From: Armatimonadota bacterium
GTDB taxonomy: Bacteria > Armatimonadota > SYMT01
Direction: 5' to 3'
DNA length: 64,000 nucleotides
Assembly: GCA_046292385.1 (NCBI GenBank)
Contig: JBKBRF010000001.1
Location: forward strand, 63,305-127,304
In this document: one piece after another, positions 50,388 to 60,227 of the stretch
Layout: each line of letters opens with the position of its first letter
Position numbering within the stretch: position 1 is the stretch's first letter
Notes under the pieces: model-generated
Told to the model about the DNA's origin: nothing
Databases searched by the model: none
What the model saw: only the letters and a program-made list of their open reading frames with translations
Made by a program: the position numbers and the translations under genes

Positions 50388-53300
50388 TCACCTTCCGCGA
50401 GGTCCGCGGCGATCCGCAGGCAGCTCCGGGGCCACCTGCGCCTGCTGTCTACGCCGGGTCAGGTACTCCGCCGCTTCGTCGAACAGCGAGTAGACTACCG
50501 GGACCACGACCAGGGTAAGGAGGGTGGAGCTGAAGAGCCCGCCGACCACCGCGGTGGCCATGGAGGCCTGCAGCTCCGCGCCCTTGCCGATTCCGAGGGC
50601 CAGCGGCAGCATGCCGAGCATGGCGGCGCTCGCCGTCATCAGGATCGGTCGCAGGCGGGTGGGCGCGGCGGTGAGGAGCGCCTCCCGGCGTGCCATGCCC
50701 TGCTCGCGGAGCAGGTTGGTGTAGTCCACCAGAAGGATCCCGTTCTTGACCGCGATTCCGATCAGCATCAGGATTCCGATGAAGGTCATCAGTCCCATCG
50801 AGCGCCCGCTGAAGAAGAGCGCCAGCGTGACGCCCAGGGATGCCAGCGGAACCGTGAGCAAGATCGTGAACGGGTGGATCAGCGACTCGAACTGCGCGGC
50901 GAGGAGCATGTAGATCAGCGCGAGCGCCAGGATGATGGCGAAGCCGAGGCTGGCCGCCTCCTGCAGGGCCTGGCGCTGCTGCAGCCCCCACTCCCAGTGG
51001 TAGCCCTTGGGGAGCTGCAGACCCGCCAGCGCTTTGTTGATGTCCTTCTGTATCTCGGTGGCCGGCCGGTCGGTGGAGTGGACCGTTACCGAGACATACC
51101 GCTGGCGGTTCTGGCGGGTGATCTGGGTCGGCCCGAAGCCATACTCCGGCTGTGCTACCTGGCCGAGGCGCACGAAGGCCGGCGCGGCGCCGGCGGTGGA
51201 GGCCAGCTCTACCGGCAGGTCCGGGGAGAGCGGCAGGTTGACCAACTCGTCGGCGGTAGTCCGCTGCGCCTCCCGCAGCCGGACGATGATCGGGTGCTGG
51301 AGACCCGCTTCCTGGAAGTAGCTGGCGATGGTGCCGCCGGTCGCGCTCTCCAGGGTGCGGCCGATATCGGAGTAGGAGATGCCCATCTCGGCCGCCTTCT
51401 CACGGTCTACGGCCCACTGCAGCTCCGGCTTCGCCTGCTCCCAGCCGAGCTCGGCCGAAGAGCAGCCGGGGATCGACTGCACGCGCCGGAGCACCTCCTC
51501 CGCGAGCTGCCCCAGGGTGTCGAGGTCCTGTCCGTAAAGATCAAACTCCAGGCCCGCGTCGCCGCCGTTGGCGATCTGGGAGATCAGGTCCATCGGCACG
51601 AGAGAGATGCGCGCGCCGGGAATGTCCGAAAGCTGCCGCTCCAGCTCGCGGGTCACTTGCTTGGTAGTCTGGTGCCGCTGCTCCTTGAGCATCACCATCA
51701 CGGCCCCGACGTTCGAGTCTTCCGACGGTGAGGTGCCCATGAGAGTGAGCGGCGCGCCGACGGAGCAGAACGCCGACTCCACCGCCGGATGCTGAAGCAG
51801 CGTCTTCTCCACGCGCTGCATCACCCGGTCGGTCCGCGCCAGGGCGGTGCCGACCGGCATCTTGACGTTGACCGTGAAGTTGCCGGTATCTGTGGCCGGC
51901 ATCATCTCCACCGGGATGAACTGTCCCAGACCCGCGGAGGCGGCGGTGGCCGCCACGATGCCGCCCAGCACCCAGGGTCGGTGGGCGAGGGCCCAGCGCA
52001 GGATGGCGCTGTAATTCGCCTCTAGCCCCGTCAGGAAACGGTCGAAGCCGCGGAAGAGAACCTGAAGCGGCCCCCGCGGCGTTTCCGCCGCCTCTTCTTC
52101 CGGAGGCCGCGCCTTGAACCGGGCCATCATCATCGGCACGATGGAGAGCGCGTCGAGCAGCGAGACGGCCAGCGAGAAGGCGACCACCAGCGCGAACTGC
52201 ATGAAGAGCTGACCCGCCATTCCCTGTACCAGCAGGAGCGGCAGGAAGACCACCATGATCGTGAGCGTGGAGGAGATCGTCGCCACCGCGATCTCGCTGG
52301 TGCCGGTCACGGCGGCCTCTGCCGCGGGACGGTGATCGCGCTCCATGTGCCGGAAGATGTTCTCCAGCACGACGACGGCATCGTCCACGATCAACCCGGT
52401 AGCGAGCGAGAGTCCGCCGAGCGACATCGTGTTCAGGCTGAACCCGCAGAGGTAGAAGAGCGCGAAGGTGGAGATGATCGAGATCGGGATCGAGAGCGCG
52501 ACCACGATGGTGCTGCGGACGCTGCGCAGGAAGAAGAGCAGGATCACCACGGCGAGCGCGCCGCCCAGGAGGGCATTGTCCCGCACGTCCGCCACCGAAT
52601 CAGCGATAAAGCCCGACTGATCCGACGCGACGCTGAACTTCAGCTCCGGATAGGTCCGCTCGATCTGGCGCACCTTCTCCATCACCGCCTCGACGGTGGT
52701 GATGGTGTTCGCCGCCGATTGCTTGGTGATGACGAGGCCGGCCGCCGGCTTGCCGTTGAGGCGCGCGAAGGAGCGCAGCTCCGGGGTGCCTTCTTCCACG
52801 TGCGCGACGTCCCGGAGAGCCACCACCTGCCCGTTCGTCGAGCCGAGTGGTAAGTCGGCGAGCTGCTTCAGGTCTTTGAACCAGCCGACCGTGCGCAGAC
52901 GAAACTCGCTGTCGCTCTGGCGGGTGATGCCCCCGGGGAGGTTGATGTTCTCCTGGCCGATCCGGTTGATGATGCCGGAGAGCGACTGCTTCCGCGCCAC
53001 CAACCGGTCGCGGTCTACCTCCACCACAATCGCGCGCTGCGGGGCCCCGGTGACGGCGGCCGCGGCCACTCCGTTGGCGGACTCCAGCAGCGGCGCGATC
53101 TCGTCCCGCAGCAGGGTGCCGAGCCGGACCGATTCCATCTCACCCGAGACGGCCAGGATCAGGATCGGCAGCGCGGACGCGCGGAACTTGTAGACCGACG
53201 GGACCTGGAGCAGCGGGTCGTTCGGAAAGCTGGCGCGCGCGGTCTGGATCGCCTGCAGCACGTCGACCGCAGCCTGGTCCACGCTGGTGCCCCAGTTGAA

Positions 53301-53582
53301 CTGCACCATCACCATGGAGCTGCCTTCCATGGTCGTGGAGCTGATCTGCGAGACGTTGGGAACCGTGCCGACCGACTCTTCGATCGGCCGCGTCACCTGG
53401 GCCTCGATCTCCGCGGGCGGGACATTCGGCCAGGTGGTCACCACCGAGACGATCGGGATCGCCATCCCGGGCAGCAGATCGACCGGCAGCCGGGTAACGC
53501 AGATGGCGCCGAAGACGACCAGCGCCAGGATGCGCATGGTTACGGCGACGGGGCGGGAAACCGCGATCTCGGCGAGCTTCAT
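50388..53582 (-). CDS. RND-family efflux transporter permease (AcrB/AcrD/AcrF type)
   Basis: 1064 aa. N-terminal SRPVAV plus TM helix, proton-relay motif IVDDAVVVLEN, KNGILLVD, RLRPILMT. Confidence 0.96.
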   Translation of the reverse strand: MKLAEIAVSRPVAVTMRILALVVFGAICVTRLPVDLLPGMAIPIVSVVTTWPNVPPAEIEAQVTRPIEESVGTVPNVSQISSTTMEGSSMVMVQFNWGTSVDQAAVDVLQAIQTARASFPNDPLLQVPSVYKFRASALPILILAVSGEMESVRLGTLLRDEIAPLLESANGVAAAAVTGAPQRAIVVEVDRDRLVARKQSLSGIINRIGQENINLPGGITRQSDSEFRLRTVGWFKDLKQLADLPLGSTNGQVVALRDVAHVEEGTPELRSFARLNGKPAAGLVITKQSAANTITTVEAVMEKVRQIERTYPELKFSVASDQSGFIADSVADVRDNALLGGALAVVILLFFLRSVRSTIVVALSIPISIISTFALFYLCGFSLNTMSLGGLSLATGLIVDDAVVVLENIFRHMERDHRPAAEAAVTGTSEIAVATISSTLTIMVVFLPLLLVQGMAGQLFMQFALVVAFSLAVSLLDALSIVPMMMARFKARPPEEEAAETPRGPLQVLFRGFDRFLTGLEANYSAILRWALAHRPWVLGGIVAATAASAGLGQFIPVEMMPATDTGNFTVNVKMPVGTALARTDRVMQRVEKTLLQHPAVESAFCSVGAPLTLMGTSPSEDSNVGAVMVMLKEQRHQTTKQVTRELERQLSDIPGARISLVPMDLISQIANGGDAGLEFDLYGQDLDTLGQLAEEVLRRVQSIPGCSSAELGWEQAKPELQWAVDREKAAEMGISYSDIGRTLESATGGTIASYFQEAGLQHPIIVRLREAQRTTADELVNLPLSPDLPVELASTAGAAPAFVRLGQVAQPEYGFGPTQITRQNRQRYVSVTVHSTDRPATEIQKDINKALAGLQLPKGYHWEWGLQQRQALQEAASLGFAIILALALIYMLLAAQFESLIHPFTILLTVPLASLGVTLALFFSGRSMGLMTFIGILMLIGIAVKNGILLVDYTNLLREQGMARREALLTAAPTRLRPILMTASAAMLGMLPLALGIGKGAELQASMATAVVGGLFSSTLLTLVVVPVVYSLFDEAAEYLTRRRQQAQVAPELPADRRGPRGR

Positions 53583-55165
53583 AGCTCACCTACATCGTTC
53601 GAGACCCGGACCTTCTCGCCATCGCGGATGCGGGTCGCCGCGGTCACGATCACGGAGTCTCCCGGCCGGAGCCCCCGAGTGATGATGTAGTTGCTTCCGT
53701 CCGTCGGCCCCAGCGTAACGGTCCGCCGCCGGGCGACGCTCTCCCGGTCGACCACCAGCACGGTGGCGCCGGTCGAGCTCCGCTCCACCGCCTCTCTCGG
53801 CACGAGGGTGCGGGAGCGTGCCGCCTGCGTCACGAGAGAGACGCGCGCGAACATCCCGGGCCGGAGCGAGCGATCCGGTTTCTCGACCTGCACCCGGACC
53901 TGAAACTGGTGGCTGGCGGCGCTGGAGGCGGGATTGACCTGCACCACCGTCCCGCGGAGCTGGCGTCCGCCCAGGGCATCCACTCGCACCGTCGCGAGCT
54001 GGCCCACCCGGATACTGCGGCTCGCTTCTTCCGGAATGCCCGCGGTGACCCAGACACGGTCCACCGCCTGCAGGGTCAGGATCGACTGCCCCGGAGTAAC
54101 CATCGCGCCGGGGTGCAGGGCTCGCTCCGTGACGTAGCCGTCGATCGGCGATTTGAGTACGGTGAGCGCCTGCCGCTCCCGCGCATCCGAGACTCCCGCG
54201 CGCGCCACGTCGACCGAAGACTGAAGGGCGGCAAGGTTCTCCCGGAACGCGGCGGACTGTTCGGTGGAGGCCTCGGCGTCCTTCAACGCCTCCTCCGCCT
54301 GCTCTACCCCAGCCTGCGCGCTTACTATCGCCGCCTCCCCGTTCGCGCGGGCGAGCCGGACGTGCGCTTCCGCGGACTGTCTACCGGAGCGCGCCGCGTC
54401 GAGCGCGGCCCTGGCGCCCTGGACGCGGGCCTTCGCCTCGTCGAGCGCCGCCTTCCGGGCGATGAAGGCGGTGCGCGCGCCTTCCAGCTCTGCCCCGGCC
54501 AGGAAGCCGCGCGAGTAGAGGCTCCTGGCTCGCTCGAGGTCGGACCGGCTCTTCGCCAGGTCGGCCTCCGCGCTCTTCACGGCGGCAGTGGCGGTGAGAA
54601 CGTTCGACTCAGCGCTCGTAACCTGGTCTTGCGCCTGGTTGACGGCCAGGTTCGCGTCGGCGAGCTGCTCCGTCGAGCTCTCGCGCGCCCGGCGGAGCTC
54701 CGCGTGAGCGGCCCGAACCGCCGCCTGCTGCTCCCGCACCCGCGCGGTGAGGGCGACGTCGTTTGAGTGCTGCGACAGCCGGGCCTGGGTCAGGCGGTGC
54801 CGCGCTTCGGCGGCACCCGCTTCCTGCTGCCGGACCTGGGCCTGCACTTCCCGCGGATCCAGCCGTACCAGCACCTCGCCGCGGCGGACGTGGTCGCCTT
54901 CCCGCGCCTGGAGGAAGTCGATCCTCCCCGGCACCTGGGAAGCAATTCCAACGGTGAACTGCGACTCGACCGTGCCGACTGCCTCCACGGTGTGCCGGAC
55001 CTCGCCGCGGTGAGCCCGGGCGACCTCCACCAGCGGAGCGGTGCGGAGCGCCACGGCATGCGCCGCCTGCAGCGACTTCTTTTCGACCCAGATCGAGCGA
55101 AAGCGAACCGCCAGCGCGCCGCAGAACGCCGCGACGACCAGCACCAGTACCAGAATGCGCCCCAT
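53579..55165 (-). CDS. RND periplasmic adaptor (membrane fusion protein) with a long coiled-coil hairpin
   Basis: N-terminal TM anchor; lipoyl halves (REGDHVRRGEVLVRLD; LKSPIDGYV); LRPGMFARV; ATGA overlap with the permease. Start is either ATG 55165 or GTG 55240. Confidence 0.92.
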   Translation of the reverse strand: MGRILVLVLVVAAFCGALAVRFRSIWVEKKSLQAAHAVALRTAPLVEVARAHRGEVRHTVEAVGTVESQFTVGIASQVPGRIDFLQAREGDHVRRGEVLVRLDPREVQAQVRQQEAGAAEARHRLTQARLSQHSNDVALTARVREQQAAVRAAHAELRRARESSTEQLADANLAVNQAQDQVTSAESNVLTATAAVKSAEADLAKSRSDLERARSLYSRGFLAGAELEGARTAFIARKAALDEAKARVQGARAALDAARSGRQSAEAHVRLARANGEAAIVSAQAGVEQAEEALKDAEASTEQSAAFRENLAALQSSVDVARAGVSDARERQALTVLKSPIDGYVTERALHPGAMVTPGQSILTLQAVDRVWVTAGIPEEASRSIRVGQLATVRVDALGGRQLRGTVVQVNPASSAASHQFQVRVQVEKPDRSLRPGMFARVSLVTQAARSRTLVPREAVERSSTGATVLVVDRESVARRRTVTLGPTDGSNYIITRGLRPGDSVIVTAATRIRDGEKVRVSNDVGEL

Positions 55166-55545
55166 GAAGTTGGCCCCGTGTGTGGATGGTCGCCGCCGAA
55201 GGGGAGGTTCGGGGACGGTCAGCTCTCCGGTGAAATGCACGCGGCGCCGAGGGCCGGCCGTTCAAGGGGAGCAGAACAGGCCGTGCGGCGAGCGTAAGCC
55301 GGCCGGCGAGTCGGCGAAGGGGATCTTGTTCCAAGCGGGGACCAGCGTAAGCCAGATACTGGAGGGGGAGTCACATGCGCCCGACTTAACTCTGGGGTGC
55401 CCGGCACTCAGTTTGGCCAACCGCTCCAGGTTTCCCTGCTCAAACTTCGAACGGGCTCAGGTGACGGCACCCAGGCCGGCGCGGTGCAGAGGCGCTTCCC
55501 GGGCGAGGCGCGCTCTTTGCATCGGCCCGGCCTGGCGGGAGGCGC

Positions 55546-58131
55546 TCAGAGGCGTCTCGCCTTCAGCCACTCCCACGCCTTCATCAGACCCTCCACCCCG
55601 CGGCTCGCTCCTTCGATCCCCAGCGCCTGCAGGATGGCGGGCATCATCTCGTTGCCGATCGGGCTGCCGGGAATGAAGGTGACGCGCGGGTCCCGCTTGT
55701 ACTGCTCCAGCGCGGCATCGTCCAGGACGAAGTACGGGCCTTCCTGCAGGTGTGCCTCGTAGTCGGGATCTTCCGCTCGCCCGATCAGGAAGGTTGGCTT
55801 TCCCTTCAGGCGCACTACCACCTCCCAGAGGTGATCCGCCTGCCAGACGTCCGCGAACCCCTTGAAGTGGCCCAGCGTGCCGGCCATCGTGACGCCTTCG
55901 CCCGCAATCACCCGCACGGGGTAGCTCTCGGTCCAGTGCTCGACCTGCGCGGGGACGAGGGAGACCCGCGCCGTGGCGACCGGCACGCCCAGGACGTCGA
56001 TCCGCTCCCGCGCGGCGATCCCGATCCCCCGGGCGGCAGCGGCGCGGGGGAAGCTCATGGCGGCGCCGTCGAACCCGGAGAGGTCTCCCGCCACGACGTC
56101 GAGCGCCACCGGGTCGTCCGAAGCCAGGATGCAGCCGACCCAGCGGCCCCGGGTGGCGACGGGGCCGTTGCCCTCTCCGGCGATCAGCGCGTCCATCATC
56201 GCGAGGTCCGGGCGCGTGACGGTGAGGAGGTCCGCCACCGTCTCCTGCACGCAGTCCCGGTGCAGGCGGTGCATGGTATCCTGGCGGGCCGCGCCGACCC
56301 ACAGCTTGAGCGCGCCGGTGATCGGGTCCAGGAAGTGAGTCTTCAGCTTGGGGCAGGCGATCACCACGTCGGCTTCCAGCAGCGGCTTCGGCACCGGGAT
56401 GCGGTGGATCAATCGGCCGAGCGGCACCTCTACCTCCACCTGCTCCACCTCATCGAAGTAGACCGGCTCCGCTCCCGCGGCGCGTGCTGCGGCCTCCATC
56501 CCGGTAACCTGCATCACCTCGCGGGTGACCTGCCCGCAGGAGCTGCACTCGCCGACCTGCACCACCGCCGCTCCCGCCTCGCGCGCGATCCTCGCGAGCG
56601 CCGCCACCACCCGGGGGTCGGTGGTCACGCCGCTGCTGGCCACCCGCCACATGGTGAGGTTCGGCTTGATCAGGACCGTTTGCCCGCTCCGGATGAACCG
56701 CTCCAGGCCGCCGAGGGGCCGGAGGGCCTCCCGGACGAGCTGCTCTACCCCGGCGTCGTCGAGCGCCTCGTCCGTGGTACGGGAGATGGCGACCTGCGCC
56801 CGCTCCGGGAGCGGGGGGCGCTCCGCAACCGCGTGCTGGGGTTTCGGAACGATGCGGGGTAGGGGAGGCGGCGCGTCGGTCGCCGCCTGCAGCGAGAAGA
56901 CGGCGCTCCCCGGCACGAGCGGCTCCGAGCCGAACTGCTGGATCAGCTCCCGGTACGCCTCTCCCACTGGCCGGAGCCGGCGGTCCAGGTCGAAGAGTCC
57001 CAGCGGGTTGACGACGCCGCGGTTCAGCGCCAGTCCGCTGTCCCAGTCGACCTGATCGACGAGCGAGTACCAGGTGAAGCCGATCACCGGCACCCCTTGC
57101 CGGCGCAGGTCCCGGACGTTGAAGAACTCCTTCCACAGCCAGCGCGGCGCCTGGTCCACGTCCCGGACATTCGTCTCCGTGTGCATCACCGGCCGGCGGT
57201 AGCGGTCGAAGTACTGCCGGGTGATGACGGACCAGCCGAACACTTCCCCCGCCGGCCGGATGTCGCCCCCCGGCGCGACGATGTGCTCGTTCGTCTGGTA
57301 GTAGTCGTTGCCCATCACGATGCGGTCGGAGAGCTCGTGGCGCATGAACCACTGAAGCTCCTCGCGAGGCATCCCGTGGTCGAGCAGATAGAGGCCCAGC
57401 TCCGTGGAGGGTGGGACGGAGTAGAGCAGGTCGAAGGAGAGAAAGCGGCGCTCGTTCTCCCACTCCGCCCTCCGCACCATCTCGGGATCGGCGCAGCCGA
57501 GGTGGAAGTACTCCGCGCTCTCGCTCTGGATGAAGATGGCGTCCGGCCGCACCCTCAGGATCTCCCGCACCGCGAGCAGGTTCGCCCGGCAGAGGTGCCG
57601 CAGCGCCGTCACGAACGCGCGGTCGCTCCTCTCCCGCTCGTTCCAGATCCCATCGAGCGTCGAGAGCTTCGCGCAGGCGTAGATCTCATTCACCGGCGTG
57701 TAGAACCGGACCCACGGGTACCGCGCCGCGAAAACCCCGGCGAAGCGGGCGAAGAGCTCCGGCCAGTCCGGGTTCTGGAAGCTGCCCGCCCAGTCCGGCA
57801 GCCCGAAGTGGCAGAGGTCCGCGATCGGTACGAGGCCGAGGCGCTGCATCTCGCGGAAGACCAGGTCGGTAAACTCCCAGTCGTATCGCTCCGGCTCCGC
57901 GTGGACCCGGTAGTAGGGCGGGCCATACCGCAGGAAGCGCAGCCCCAGCTCCCGGACGAGGGCGAGATCGGTCTGCCAGTGCCGGTAGTGGAAGGTCTTC
58001 TCCAGCTCGTCCACCCGGACGCTGCGCCCGTGCGGCCCCGCGACGGTGGGATAGCTGCACTCGATGCCGGTCGAGAAGAGAAACCGGGAAGGGGCCGCCT
58101 CCGCGAGCGCCTCCATGACGGGAGTAGCCAT
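55546..58131 (-). CDS. Fusion protein: GH1-like (clan GH-A) glycoside hydrolase plus DUF362-like domain
   Basis: 861 aa. N-terminal half: TGIECSYP, LRYGPPY, DLCHFG, TPVNE (acid/base), HTETN (nucleophile), GFTWYSL. A Pro-rich linker follows. C-terminal half: VLIKPNL, PKLKTH, DALIAGEGNGP, DPVALD. Confidence 0.8.
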   Translation of the reverse strand: MATPVMEALAEAAPSRFLFSTGIECSYPTVAGPHGRSVRVDELEKTFHYRHWQTDLALVRELGLRFLRYGPPYYRVHAEPERYDWEFTDLVFREMQRLGLVPIADLCHFGLPDWAGSFQNPDWPELFARFAGVFAARYPWVRFYTPVNEIYACAKLSTLDGIWNERERSDRAFVTALRHLCRANLLAVREILRVRPDAIFIQSESAEYFHLGCADPEMVRRAEWENERRFLSFDLLYSVPPSTELGLYLLDHGMPREELQWFMRHELSDRIVMGNDYYQTNEHIVAPGGDIRPAGEVFGWSVITRQYFDRYRRPVMHTETNVRDVDQAPRWLWKEFFNVRDLRRQGVPVIGFTWYSLVDQVDWDSGLALNRGVVNPLGLFDLDRRLRPVGEAYRELIQQFGSEPLVPGSAVFSLQAATDAPPPLPRIVPKPQHAVAERPPLPERAQVAISRTTDEALDDAGVEQLVREALRPLGGLERFIRSGQTVLIKPNLTMWRVASSGVTTDPRVVAALARIAREAGAAVVQVGECSSCGQVTREVMQVTGMEAAARAAGAEPVYFDEVEQVEVEVPLGRLIHRIPVPKPLLEADVVIACPKLKTHFLDPITGALKLWVGAARQDTMHRLHRDCVQETVADLLTVTRPDLAMMDALIAGEGNGPVATRGRWVGCILASDDPVALDVVAGDLSGFDGAAMSFPRAAAARGIGIAARERIDVLGVPVATARVSLVPAQVEHWTESYPVRVIAGEGVTMAGTLGHFKGFADVWQADHLWEVVVRLKGKPTFLIGRAEDPDYEAHLQEGPYFVLDDAALEQYKRDPRVTFIPGSPIGNEMMPAILQALGIEGASRGVEGLMKAWEWLKARRL

Positions 58132-58830
58132 CTAGGGGTGCCTCCGCTCGAGGGCATCGAATACCTCGGACAGCGCCAGACCGTAGATCACGTGTCCGGC
58201 GACCAGCATCCAGGTGCGCTCCGGCGGCTCTTCCGTCGGGGTGCCCATCAGTCCCATCTTCGGGACCAGCAGCGCGGGGCCGACTCCGTAGACGAGGAGG
58301 CCGAAGCCCCCGCCGAAGACGCCGGGATGCAGCCGGTAGCTCGACTGAAGAAGACCATAGAGGATGCCCCAGGTCGAGCCGTACGCGAAGTGGGTGGCCA
58401 GGCCGAGCGGCCGGACGTGGCGGCTGATGTCCCGGTTGAAGACCCCCGACGCGAGCTTGAAGGCGAACTGCTCCGCCAGTCCTTCCGGGCCGGGCCCCTG
58501 CGGCTGCGTCAGCGCGCCGGCTGGCTGCGTGGCCGGGGGCCCCCCCGCCGGCTTGCCGCCGCAACCAGGCGGGCTCTGATAGGCGGCGGGGGACTGAGAG
58601 CGCTCCTGCCACTCCCGCACCTGCCCCGGATCGTGGGGGTTTTCGGGCAGCGGCGGTTTCCCACTCCCCGGATCGTCCTCCGGCCTCTCCCGTTCATTCC
58701 ACAGCCCGGGAAGGACCCGGGACAACCCGGAGAGCAGCAGCGTGGCCACGAAGCCCGCCGCCGCTCCCCGAGCCATCACCTGTACGGGAGTGAGCCCCTG
58801 GGCTTCCTCCGCGCCGCTGGTTACCGCCAT
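58132..58830 (-). CDS. Hypothetical integral membrane protein (DUF1440-like His-containing helices)
   Basis: Hydrophobic helices with HFAYGSTWG and GHVIYG. GGAGG precedes ATG 58830. The stop abuts the next gene's ATG. Confidence 0.7.
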   Translation of the reverse strand: MAVTSGAEEAQGLTPVQVMARGAAAGFVATLLLSGLSRVLPGLWNERERPEDDPGSGKPPLPENPHDPGQVREWQERSQSPAAYQSPPGCGGKPAGGPPATQPAGALTQPQGPGPEGLAEQFAFKLASGVFNRDISRHVRPLGLATHFAYGSTWGILYGLLQSSYRLHPGVFGGGFGLLVYGVGPALLVPKMGLMGTPTEEPPERTWMLVAGHVIYGLALSEVFDALERRHP

Positions 58831-58860
58831 CTTCACCTCCCTCTCGGGTAGCGCCCGCGG

Positions 58861-59292
58861 TCAGGCCTCGACCGTCTCTCGAGCCTCACTCAAGCGCGCC
58901 AGCGCCAGGGCGCCGAGCGACAAACCGAAATCGCGGAGGGCGACATCGAAGTAGCCGGGGATCAGGAGCAGGTTGAGCACGATCGCCCAGAGCCAGAGGG
59001 CGACCACGTAGCCGCCGATCCGCGGCTTGAAGGCTACCAGCAGCCCCGCAGCGATCTCGATGACCCCCACCGCGAGCATGAACGTGTGTGAATACCCACC
59101 CAGCAGCCGCGCCACAAACGGGGAGAGAAACTGGTCCCAGTTGACGAGCCAGTGAGTGAACTTGTCGATCCCCGCGACGATCGGCAGCAGGGTAAAGCCG
59201 ACGTGGAGGATCTGATAGGCCTGGTAGGCCGGATCACGGGCTTCCGCACGGGTGCCCCGGGTCCCCGGCCGGGGCTGCACGATCTGCGTCAT
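58861..59292 (-). CDS. DoxX-like small membrane protein
   Basis: ATG 59292 with AGGAGG upstream. Motifs AGIDKF...WDQFLSP...VGVIEIAAG...DVALRDFGL. Confidence 0.8.
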   Translation of the reverse strand: MTQIVQPRPGTRGTRAEARDPAYQAYQILHVGFTLLPIVAGIDKFTHWLVNWDQFLSPFVARLLGGYSHTFMLAVGVIEIAAGLLVAFKPRIGGYVVALWLWAIVLNLLLIPGYFDVALRDFGLSLGALALARLSEARETVEA

Positions 59293-59373
59293 GGCTTCTC
59301 GCCTCCTCGCAGGTTCCGCGTCCGGGTCAGCGCCAAGCTCGTGTCGGCTAGTACCCCCGCGCACCTGCGGCCA

Positions 59374-59401
59374 GAAAAGAGGAAGATCATATCCTCTTTT
59401 C
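59374..59401. promoter_or_regulatory. Inverted-repeat operator 1: GAAAAGAGGA-N8-TCCTCTTTTC
   Basis: Perfect 10-8-10 AT-rich palindrome in the divergent doxX-like/rrf2 intergenic region. Same core and spacing as 60100-60125. Confidence 0.75.
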
Positions 59402-59560
59402 CGGAGTGTTCCACCGCCCACGCCGAGCTAAACCTCTGCGAAGCGCCGGGAATCACCCGCGGGGTGGATCTGCTTCGGTGTGGTTACCGGGTCCGCAGGA
59501 GAGAGCGGGAGTAATAGTCGCGGGCGCCAGTGGTAAATAGACGTAGACGGCACCCCCGGG

Positions 59561-60022
59561 ATGGGTGCGGACTGGAATGGGGGAAACGTGAACTGGACCC
59601 AGACCGATGATCATGCGCTGCGCGTGCTGGTCGATGTCGCCGCGCACCCGGACGCGCCCATCCGGGAGATTGGAGACCGGACCGCGATTCCGAGCGCTCT
59701 CGTCGCCAAAGTGGTACAGGCACTGGCTCGCGCCTCACTCGTGGAGACCACTCGCGGCCGGGGCGGTGGGGTGCGCCTGGCGCGCGATCCGGCGGCAATC
59801 AGCTTGCTGGACGTAGTAGAGGCGATCCAGGGGCCGCTCTGCTTCCTCCGGTGCCCCCGCCGGGGGAAGGGCTGTCCGCAGGACACCGACTGTGCCGTCT
59901 ATCGGCTCAGCCTGGAGCTGCAAGAATCGCTGGCGGCCCGGCTCCAGCGGGTCCGCATCGCGGACCTGGCGCATAGCTGCAGCACCCGAGTACAGCCGCC
60001 CGAGCCTCCTCCGCAGCGATGA
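59561..60022 (+). CDS. Rrf2-family transcriptional regulator, probably Fe-S binding
   Basis: Winged HTH with LVETTRGRGGGVRLARDPAAISLLDVVEAIQG and C-terminal C-x6-C-x5-C plus an extra upstream Cys. The start may be GTG 59588. Confidence 0.92.
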   Translation: MGADWNGGNVNWTQTDDHALRVLVDVAAHPDAPIREIGDRTAIPSALVAKVVQALARASLVETTRGRGGGVRLARDPAAISLLDVVEAIQGPLCFLRCPRRGKGCPQDTDCAVYRLSLELQESLAARLQRVRIADLAHSCSTRVQPPEPPPQR

Positions 60023-60099
60023 CCTCCCCAAAGCTCCCGTCCTGACTGAGAGCCCATCATCCAGGTTTAGGGGGCCGCGGCTGTGGGAAAATGCGGCCC

Positions 60100-60125
60100 A
60101 ATTGAGGAATGAAATGTCCTCAATT
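60100..60125. promoter_or_regulatory. Inverted-repeat operator 2: AATTGAGGA-N8-TCCTCAATT
   Basis: Perfect 9-8-9 AT-rich palindrome about 100 bp upstream of the cupredoxin ATG. Matches operator 1. Confidence 0.75.
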
Positions 60126-60227
60126 AGTTCCTGCCATCCGTGTCGCAGCGGTGTCACGCGCCGTCCGGGGGATCAACCGTCGGCGGAGAACCGGCGCGGA
60201 CACTCAGGTCACGCAAGGAGGCGAGAG

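Noticed and set aside
50303..50518. 71-aa plus-strand ORF preceded by AGGAGG
   Set aside because: It runs antisense into the RND 3' end and lacks protein-like features. The SD-like string is probably coincidental, though not excluded.
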